A DNA stretch of 59,225 bases, counting the filler. It is 5 parts of 5 records of this genome, joined end to end, with 100 filler letters (N's around TTAATTAATTAA, not from the genome) between each part and the next. Parts side by side here need not be neighbours in the genome. Positions count along the whole stretch, not along the records: positions 8,603 to 35,555 come from DRR723986_7016; 4 more parts are not named here. One strand, given 5' to 3'. Positions 18,736 to 26,538 of the stretch are shown piece after piece (the stretch's first letter is position 1; each line of letters opens with the position of its first letter). The translations under genes were made by a program, and so were the position numbers. Under the pieces are notes generated by a model that ran no database searches, was not told the origin of the DNA, and was given only the letters and a program-made list of their open reading frames with translations.

Positions 18736-21432
18736 ATGACGGTGATTGCAGAATTGAATCGTTCGTTCGCGATGGCACGACGTGTCGGATTAGCGCTGCT
18801 GCTATCCGCTGCAGCGTTGTGCAATCCAACGCACGGCCAAACGACCGCCTACTTCGCAGATGCGATATGGACTGGAGACGGCTCGCCCGTTCGAGACGCA
18901 GCTCTGATCGTACGCGATGGCAAAGTTGTTAGCGTTGGGGCACGCGACGACGTTGAGATCCCCAGAAACGCTCGACGTGTTGAGCTAGGGGCCGCCAACC
19001 TGATTCCTGGCTTGGTCGTTGCTCAAACCAATTTAGTGGAATCGACGCGTGCAGACGAATACTCGGTTAGTCCCGAAGTCCGGGCCGTTGATGGCTTTGA
19101 TCCGTTCGAAGACTATCACGATTTACTCGCCGCTGGAATCACCACAGTTCAAATCTCACCAGCATCCAATCGCCTGGTCCCGGGCCAGGGAGCGGTGGTT
19201 AAGTTGGGCGGTGAGGAATCGTTACAAAAGGTTCTGCTCGAGTCCGAGAGCCTCCGATTTGTGCTCACTCGAGAGGGGCTCTCGCCGCCTACCGTTTACG
19301 AGCCGCCAGTAGGAGCCGTGTCGGTAGAACGCCCTGTTGAACCAACCAAACCTCAGCTCGCGACCAGCCTTTCTCAGGCAGTGGTTGGCCTGAACGCATT
19401 GTTCAGTGTCGCAAGAAGCGGTGATGCAGACGGAAATGTTTCATTGGCGACTCTTGCAGAGCTGCTTGGTAACGGAACAGTATCTCGCTGGACCGCCAAC
19501 GGCAACGCCGAGATACAAGCGGCTCTTAAAATTGCAACCGAATACAACCTGCCATGGATCGTTGTCGATCCAGTCGATATTGACGTCCTTGCAAGTCGAA
19601 GCGTCTGGAAAAGCGAACTCGCTCGCGGCGTTGTGCTGAATCCGGAATTGCGTCCAGGACTCATCACCAATCCGAACGCCAACACCTCAGGACAAAAGCC
19701 GGAACTTCCCGTTTGGCAACGAGCTCGGAAGCTCTTCGATGCTGGAGCTGGAGACCGGTTGGCGATTCGCACGACAAGCGACCGCGATCTTGAGAAGTTG
19801 CTGTACGTTGCATCTGTCCTTGGACGCAGCGGCTTGTCAACTGCTCAGATATTAAAGACGATCACCTCAAATCCAGCACGGATTATGGGAGTCGACGACC
19901 GCGTCGGAATTCTTCAGCCTGGCGCTGATGCCGACTTCGTTGTTCTGTCGGGCAAACCATTTGATCGTGGCACCAAATTGCTGGCGACATACACGGACGG
20001 GAAATCCGTCTTTGAGCGGGAAGCGAAGAACGAGACCGCAAGTGTGATTCGCGCTTCGAGTATCTATACGGCCGACGGCGTAGTTTCCGGAGGTAGCGTT
20101 ACCGTATCTGGAGGCAAGATTGCTGGCCTTGGCAATGACGTTTCACTACCAAAGGGCGCTGAAGTCAAAGACTTTGGGGACGCCGTCATAATTCCTGGAA
20201 TGATCGACTGCTCGACTAGTCTTGGTTTCGGAGCAACATACAGCTCTGCTGCGGGACTTGGTACCAAGCTGGGTGGTTTGCTGGGACGCGACGATGATCA
20301 AGTCGCACGAGGGAGACAGGGCGGAGTGACGACCGGCTTGGTGAGTTCATCACGTCTGCCAAGTCCGGTCCTCGCGTTCAAGCTCTCCGACTCCCCTCGT
20401 CCGCTCAAGGACCCAGTGGCGCTTCGCTACGACATCAACGGCAACCTAACCGCAGCGGAACAGCGACTTGAAAGCGTCCTGAAGGCCGGCAAGGGCTATG
20501 CAGACGCCTGGACAAAATATGACGCGGCTTACGCCCAGTACAAAAAGCAACTGGCTGAATACGAAGCGGCTAAGAAGAAGTACGACGCTGCAGTGAAGGC
20601 GGCTGAAGCGAAGAAAGCTGCTGCCGCAAAGAAAGCGGAAGAGGAAAAGAAGAAAGCAGAAGCCGCAAAGAAGAGTGGCGCTTCTCCGAAATCCTCAGAA
20701 GCTGATAAGAAGGAAAATGACAAGGATTCCGACAAAGCCGAGGAAGAGAAAGACTCAGACGGCAAGGACTCCGACGAGAAAGATTCCGCTAAGGAAGACT
20801 CAGAGAAGAAGAGCGATTCCAAGTCTGGCGACGAGCCAAAACTTGTAGCTCCAAAGAAGCCAACGGAACCCAAGAAGCCTCGAGCAAGTTCGAACCTCGA
20901 ACCCTACCGGGCGGTATTCGCCAAGAAGCTACCCGTTCTGATCGAGGTCTCCGATGTCAAAGAACTCGAGCTGGCGGTGAATATTTTCCGAAAGAAGTAC
21001 GGTCTCAAGACGGGAATTGTTGCCGGTCAAGCCGCCGCAGCACGTGCTAAGCTCTTGGCGGAGAATGAGGTTTTCGTGATTGTTGGCCCGACCTTTGTCA
21101 GTACCGATGAAGACGGGCAACTACTGAACATTCCCGCAGAGCTCGCCGTCGGCGGCGCGGACCTGGCCTTCCAGTCAAAGGCTTCCACCGGAACTAGCGA
21201 GCTACCAACGGCGATCAGCTACGCAGTTTATGAGGGGCTGGGCGCAAGCGACGCGCTCGCAGGGCTCACTCACAGTCCCGCTCAGTTCTTCAATCTTGAT
21301 AGTGTGGGCGCGATTGCTACCGGCAATGATGCCGACTTGGTCGTTCTTAGCGGTCCACCAATGCTGCTCTCAACCGAAGTACTGGCAGTCATGATCGACG
21401 GCAAGTGGGTCTACGAAAAGGAAAGCAACTGA
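18736..21432 (+). CDS. Exported double-domain amidohydrolase-fold protein (no metal ligands)
   Basis: IPGLVVAQTN and IPGMIDCSTS; two G-L/I--G-DAD-VVLSG-P motifs. Confidence 0.9.
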   Translation: MTVIAELNRSFAMARRVGLALLLSAAALCNPTHGQTTAYFADAIWTGDGSPVRDAALIVRDGKVVSVGARDDVEIPRNARRVELGAANLIPGLVVAQTNLVESTRADEYSVSPEVRAVDGFDPFEDYHDLLAAGITTVQISPASNRLVPGQGAVVKLGGEESLQKVLLESESLRFVLTREGLSPPTVYEPPVGAVSVERPVEPTKPQLATSLSQAVVGLNALFSVARSGDADGNVSLATLAELLGNGTVSRWTANGNAEIQAALKIATEYNLPWIVVDPVDIDVLASRSVWKSELARGVVLNPELRPGLITNPNANTSGQKPELPVWQRARKLFDAGAGDRLAIRTTSDRDLEKLLYVASVLGRSGLSTAQILKTITSNPARIMGVDDRVGILQPGADADFVVLSGKPFDRGTKLLATYTDGKSVFEREAKNETASVIRASSIYTADGVVSGGSVTVSGGKIAGLGNDVSLPKGAEVKDFGDAVIIPGMIDCSTSLGFGATYSSAAGLGTKLGGLLGRDDDQVARGRQGGVTTGLVSSSRLPSPVLAFKLSDSPRPLKDPVALRYDINGNLTAAEQRLESVLKAGKGYADAWTKYDAAYAQYKKQLAEYEAAKKKYDAAVKAAEAKKAAAAKKAEEEKKKAEAAKKSGASPKSSEADKKENDKDSDKAEEEKDSDGKDSDEKDSAKEDSEKKSDSKSGDEPKLVAPKKPTEPKKPRASSNLEPYRAVFAKKLPVLIEVSDVKELELAVNIFRKKYGLKTGIVAGQAAAARAKLLAENEVFVIVGPTFVSTDEDGQLLNIPAELAVGGADLAFQSKASTGTSELPTAISYAVYEGLGASDALAGLTHSPAQFFNLDSVGAIATGNDADLVVLSGPPMLLSTEVLAVMIDGKWVYEKESN

Positions 21433-22670
21433 TGAGAAAAGTCCTGTTACTCGCTTGCCTGACCTGCTTCCTGTCCTCAGCCACATTGTTGGCTGACGAA
21501 ACCGGCAAACCGAAGTATGCGATCCAGGTTGGAAAGATCATCACTTCGGCGGGCGAGCCGATTATTGGTGGCACGATCCTGGTTTCCGATGGCAAGATCG
21601 AAGCACTTGGCAAGTCGAGTGAAGTTGAGATCCCCGAGGGGTACGAAGTCGTAAAGCATCCCAACTGCTTTGCGATGCCCGGCCTGATCGATGCACACTC
21701 GCACGTCGGTGGCTCGGGTGACCTTAACGAGATGGTCTATCAGACGAATCCTGAGCTGCGCAACTGGGACCAGATCATCCCTCACAACGATGATCTGAAG
21801 GTTGCCATTGCAGGTGGCGTCACCACGATTGCGTATATCCCTGGAAGCGGAACGAATATGGGCGGCTGGGGAACGCTGATGAAGACCGGCCCCGGAAAAC
21901 TGTCGGACGTCATCATCAAGGCACCCGGCGTCCTAAAGATTGCTCAATCTGGAAATCCCGAGCGTCGCGATGGCGAAGTAGGATCCGGACGAATGGGAAT
22001 GAATTATGTCATCCGTCAACAACTGGAAGAAGGCCGCGTTTACGTAAGGCTTTGGGATGAATTCGAAGCTGGCCGCACTGATGTGAAGCCGAAGGTGAAT
22101 CTGCGGCTAGAGTACTTCAAGCCACTGTTTCGTCGCGAGATCCCTGTCGTTGTCCACACTCAGGCTTATCAGGTTGTCCAGTCGACACTCCGTATCCTGC
22201 ACGATGAGATGAACCTCAAGGTGGTCATCGACCATGGTACGTTCGACAGTTACAAGATCAGCGATGAGATCATCAAGCGTAACATTCCCGTGATGGCCGG
22301 CCCGAGAGGATTCCGCTACGAACCGGAAGACGGGCAAATCAAGGGTATCGTCGCGGAGTACGCTGACCGAGGCATAACGTGGCTAGGCGTCAACACGGAT
22401 GCTCCTGTTATTCCACAGGAAGAACTTGCTTTTCAGGCGACGATGGCGGTGCGATACGGCTGGAACGAAGAAGACGCGATTGCTGGCATGACCATAGAGG
22501 CGGCCCAGGCGCTGATGATTGACGACCGTGTTGGATCCCTCGAACCTGGAAAAGACGCTGATATCCTGATCACCACCGGCTCGATCGTGGATCCAAGAAA
22601 CTACGTCAAGCAAGTGTTCATTAATGGGCAAAGCGTTTACGACACATCCAAAGATCGGCGCAGATTCTAA
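21432..22670 (+). CDS. Exported metal-dependent amidohydrolase with an intact ligand set
   Basis: PGLIDAHSH, VVVHTQ, VIDHG, NTDAP; TGATG overlap with the previous gene; signal peptide MRKVLLLACL. Confidence 0.92.
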   Translation: MRKVLLLACLTCFLSSATLLADETGKPKYAIQVGKIITSAGEPIIGGTILVSDGKIEALGKSSEVEIPEGYEVVKHPNCFAMPGLIDAHSHVGGSGDLNEMVYQTNPELRNWDQIIPHNDDLKVAIAGGVTTIAYIPGSGTNMGGWGTLMKTGPGKLSDVIIKAPGVLKIAQSGNPERRDGEVGSGRMGMNYVIRQQLEEGRVYVRLWDEFEAGRTDVKPKVNLRLEYFKPLFRREIPVVVHTQAYQVVQSTLRILHDEMNLKVVIDHGTFDSYKISDEIIKRNIPVMAGPRGFRYEPEDGQIKGIVAEYADRGITWLGVNTDAPVIPQEELAFQATMAVRYGWNEEDAIAGMTIEAAQALMIDDRVGSLEPGKDADILITTGSIVDPRNYVKQVFINGQSVYDTSKDRRRF

Positions 22671-22724
22671 GTACCGAGTTAGCAATCGTTGCTACGAATC
22701 CGACAATTGAATAAGCAGCTTTCA

Positions 22725-23954
22725 ATGCGAATCCATATCAATGTACTCAGCCAGCGGCTTGGCAGCACACGAGCCTTACTTTGCGTGTTGTGCTTTGCCG
22801 TTCTGACACCGTCTGCAACCTTCGCAGCCAAGACAGTGGCGATAACGAATGCCACTATCGAGACCGCGACCAAGAAGGGAGTGATGCAGAATGCAACGAT
22901 TTTAGTCAAGGATGGCAAAATTGCGGCCATCGGTGAGGATGTCGACATTCCGGTCTCCGCGCAGGTGATCGACGCCTCGGGCAAATTCATCATGCCTGGT
23001 ATCGTTGATCCGTATTACGTGGTGACCATTGGCCGAAACGTTACGAGTACACCGGCACGGACCATCGTTTTCAACGGGCGCGTATTTACGATTGGTGGCG
23101 GCTCGAGAGTCATTGCAACGACATTCGCCAAAATTTCCGACGGCCTAGATCCCAAGAAAGTGAATTGGTCTCCCGCGCTACGTAGTGGCGTGACGACATT
23201 TCACGTTGTCACTGGCGGATACGCACAGTCACTCTATGCAACGCCTGATCCGGATAGCGGCATTCAGCTCAAGAGTTCCGGCGGACGCCTGCTTGTTGCG
23301 GTATCCAACGACACCAAGACGCTCGACGTGCTTCGGAAGAACTTAAAGCCAAGTACCTCAAGCCGCTCGTCGAGTTCACGGACCAGCTCAACAACTAGCT
23401 CTCCCACTGCGGCACTTTGGAAAGACGTCCGCGAGGGCAAGGTGCCCGTTTTCATTAACGTGAACAATGCGTCTGCGATACTTCATGTCGACGCGATCAT
23501 GAACGAGCATCCAAAGGCAAAGGTTGCGTTGATTGCCAGCGGGCCAAACGTCTTTGACACACTGAAAAGCCTCGACAACGATCAATACACAGTCATTCTT
23601 CCGCCGGCGATTGATCGAAAGCCCAACTCGGCCTATCGAATCAACGTCTCGAAGATGCTCGCGGAGAAAGATGTCAACTTTGCACTTTCACTTTCCCTCG
23701 CGCAGAGCGACTTCTCTTCTCAGCAGTCCACACCATTGTTCGGTACCGCCATGTTGATTCGCGCTGGGCTTGACCGTCAGGCTGCGGTTCGAGCACTGAC
23801 GATTGAACCGGCCAAGTTGATTGGCTTGGACAAGGAAGTTGGCTCGTTGGAAGTCGGCAAACAAGCAAACCTGCTAGTCTTCGGCGAAGATCCTTTCTCC
23901 ACGATGGCCAGTATCGAAGACATCTACGTTTCAGGAGAACGGGTCAATGATTAA
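22725..23954 (+). CDS. Exported amidohydrolase-fold protein (no metal ligands)
   Basis: MPGIVDPYY, GVTT, GSLEVGKQANL; start uncertain (22689 or 22725). Confidence 0.88.
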   Translation: MRIHINVLSQRLGSTRALLCVLCFAVLTPSATFAAKTVAITNATIETATKKGVMQNATILVKDGKIAAIGEDVDIPVSAQVIDASGKFIMPGIVDPYYVVTIGRNVTSTPARTIVFNGRVFTIGGGSRVIATTFAKISDGLDPKKVNWSPALRSGVTTFHVVTGGYAQSLYATPDPDSGIQLKSSGGRLLVAVSNDTKTLDVLRKNLKPSTSSRSSSSRTSSTTSSPTAALWKDVREGKVPVFINVNNASAILHVDAIMNEHPKAKVALIASGPNVFDTLKSLDNDQYTVILPPAIDRKPNSAYRINVSKMLAEKDVNFALSLSLAQSDFSSQQSTPLFGTAMLIRAGLDRQAAVRALTIEPAKLIGLDKEVGSLEVGKQANLLVFGEDPFSTMASIEDIYVSGERVND

Positions 23955-25530
23955 GTGCACGAAGCAATCCGACCATCTTGCCTGCTGCTCGCTTGCGAAC
24001 TTCGTAGCCCGTGTGCGTCTGTTCGCGGCGATGTTCGTTCTCGCCAGCGTGACCGCTGCACCGATTAATGCGCAAGATGCCGATTCAAAGAAGGAAGCTG
24101 ATCAGAAGCAGCCTTCGGAGAAGAAGCCAGCGGCAGAAAACAAGTCACAAGACAAAGACAAAGATAAAAAGAATAGTGACATCACCGCCATCGTCGGCGG
24201 TGACATCATTACAGTCACTCGCGAAACCATTCGCGGTGGCACGATTCTTATCAAAGACGGCAAGATTACCGAGATCGGTACACGTGTTACTGTGCCCAAG
24301 GGTGCGAAGCGCATTGATGCATCGGGCAAGATCATCACCCCTGGATTTGTCTCACTGAGTGTTTCTCGTGTGGGGCTTCGTACATCTTCGTCGAGCAACC
24401 AAGACAGCCTTGATCCATTCGATTCGAACGTCCGGCTGTCACTGGGAGTTGGTATCACGACCGGCTGCCAGAAAGTAACACTGCGCAGTGGAAGCTCGTC
24501 ACGCAGGTTTCCTGAATCTCCCGAAGTTAGCTTTCCTCGCACCGAGCGATTCCCCGGTCTGGACCCGGATGAATTTCAGCTCGCGATGACTCAGCCGCCA
24601 GCGGTGCTGGACTATGGGGAGTTCGTCCCCACCTGTCCGTGTTGCGGCCTGCCGATTCTCCCAACCGAGCCACTCGCCACGCCCGCACCAAAAGCCCTGT
24701 CTTCGCAAGGTTCGGCGGTCATCAAGATGTCCTACGGCGTTCTTGATGGGATGTTGCTTAGCGAGAACGTGTTCATGGACGTCAATGCTGGGGCACTTCT
24801 TGGAGCCGGAAATCAAAGAAACTGGCGCGGCCAAATTGCACTGGCCAAGAAATACCTCAAGGAACAAGCCGAGCACGAGAAGGCGACCGCTGCAGGCAAG
24901 AAGGTTAAGCCGCCTCGCAAACCTGTAAAGGATGACGTGCTGCGACTGGTGAAGGGTGAGATCGCCATGAGAATCCCAGCCAACTCAGTTACCGAAATGC
25001 AGGCCATTGTGGATCTGTCTGAAGAACTGGGTTACCGAGTTGTCATTGATGGTGCAGCCGAGTGTTGGGTTATGCCGCGTGAACTGGCGGAAGCTGACGC
25101 ATCCGTGATCCTCACGCCGAGACGACGTCGGGCTGCACGATTTGGTCGGGAGGACAGCACTGGCACTTGGATCGAAGCGTCCCGTGTCATGGAAGAACAA
25201 GGCGTTCCCTTCGCGGTCAACGCACTTAGCAGTTCGATCAGTCTGAATGGATTAGCGGGTCGCGATCTGACCAGCCTTCCTCTTGAGGCAGCTTTTGCAG
25301 TGCGTGGCGGTGCATCGGAAAGAGCGGCTCTTGCTGCGATTACGATTGTCCCCGCCAAGATGATGGGCTTGGATGATCGGATTGGAAGTCTCGAAGTGGG
25401 CAAGGACGCTGATCTGCTTATCCTCAATGGGCAGCCGCTCGACTATCGGACCTACGTTGAAACGGCAGTGGTCAATGGCAACGTTGTTTACAAACGCGAT
25501 GAAGCTCGCGTGTTGCCAGTGTACGAATAG
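23947..25530 (+). CDS. Exported amidohydrolase-fold protein (no metal ligands, CPCCG insert)
   Basis: ITPGFVSLSV, GITTG, GSLEVGKDADLL; 8-nt overlap with the previous gene. Confidence 0.88.
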   Translation: MIKCTKQSDHLACCSLANFVARVRLFAAMFVLASVTAAPINAQDADSKKEADQKQPSEKKPAAENKSQDKDKDKKNSDITAIVGGDIITVTRETIRGGTILIKDGKITEIGTRVTVPKGAKRIDASGKIITPGFVSLSVSRVGLRTSSSSNQDSLDPFDSNVRLSLGVGITTGCQKVTLRSGSSSRRFPESPEVSFPRTERFPGLDPDEFQLAMTQPPAVLDYGEFVPTCPCCGLPILPTEPLATPAPKALSSQGSAVIKMSYGVLDGMLLSENVFMDVNAGALLGAGNQRNWRGQIALAKKYLKEQAEHEKATAAGKKVKPPRKPVKDDVLRLVKGEIAMRIPANSVTEMQAIVDLSEELGYRVVIDGAAECWVMPRELAEADASVILTPRRRRAARFGREDSTGTWIEASRVMEEQGVPFAVNALSSSISLNGLAGRDLTSLPLEAAFAVRGGASERAALAAITIVPAKMMGLDDRIGSLEVGKDADLLILNGQPLDYRTYVETAVVNGNVVYKRDEARVLPVYE

Positions 25531-25639
25531 GCTTTTAAAGCGTGAGTTCACTAGGCTGACGGATGCGCGTCAGTCGAGTCAGCTCCTTCGTTTCGGCCGG
25601 ATTGACCAGGAATGTTCATCGACTTGAGGAGTCTGTTCG

Positions 25640-25870
25640 ATGACATTGAGCCATAACGAAGGCCCTCGCCCGGATGCGGACCATCAAGCTGCTGAACTAG
25701 ACAAACTTGCTGAATTGCCGCAGTCCAGTTTCTTCGCAGAGTTCGTCCAATTCTTGCGTAACAACAAGAAGTGGTGGCTCATCCCTCTCGTTGCCTCCCT
25801 ACTGCTCGTCGGTGCCGTCAGCCTTCTTTCCACAAGCGGCGCCGCCCCGTTCATCTATTCTATCTTCTAG
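25640..25870 (+). CDS. DUF5989 family small membrane protein
   Basis: EFVQFLRNNKKWWLIP...AAPFIYSIF signature; GAGGAG Shine-Dalgarno. Confidence 0.85.
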   Translation: MTLSHNEGPRPDADHQAAELDKLAELPQSSFFAEFVQFLRNNKKWWLIPLVASLLLVGAVSLLSTSGAAPFIYSIF

Positions 25871-25991
25871 CTTGCTCAACAACTCGCGTTCACTTCGTTG
25901 ATGTTCTCTGAGCAGGCACTCTTGGCTCGATCGTCGTGATGCTCGTGGACACGTTCCTGAACGAGGTCGCGGCAAGAAGAAAGCCAAGAAC

Positions 25992-26062
25992 AGAGTCGCC
26001 TTTCGCTCCGCGAAAGCAGCGCAAACAATCAACGCAACTTTCGCGGAGCGAAAGGCGACTCT
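25992..26062. repeat. REPIN-like element: two inverted 25-bp palindromic units
   Basis: AGAGTCGCCTTTCGCTCCGCGAAAG (25992-26016) and its exact reverse complement (26038-26062); each arm has an internal CTTTCGC/GCGAAAG hairpin. Confidence 0.85.
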
Positions 26063-26538
26063 TAGGCGATGATATCCGCTCAACGGCCGTCGCAGCATAA
26101 TCATTGAAAACCATGAATGACATACCACTACGCGATAGGCAGAGCATCACCAAGTACGAGATAGCAAGATAGTTCTTGCAAGCGAGCAATCTTGGCTCGA
26201 CAGCCGCCTGCTTGACGAGTGACAAGCGACCGGGGGGCTCACTCCGGCCACCGTGGCTCGTAGCTGCAACGAATCTCGAGCAGAAGGACATCCTAGCGAA
26301 GTCCGTCGAGCATGCTTTCGTGGTCGGCCAAGACGGCTTGGGCGAGGTCGTTCGAAGCCTCTTTACCGTCTGCAGTCTAAAACCAGCAAATGATTCGCTG
26401 GAGGCGGCTAAACTCCGGCATGGAGCATCGATCCGATTTAGAATGTTCCGCCGAGCGTGAAATTGGCGGAGAGGTTCTATGGTCTGTTTCTACTTAGAGA
26501 CGGAATAGGATCGAGAGACTGAAGGCAGAGCAGACACG

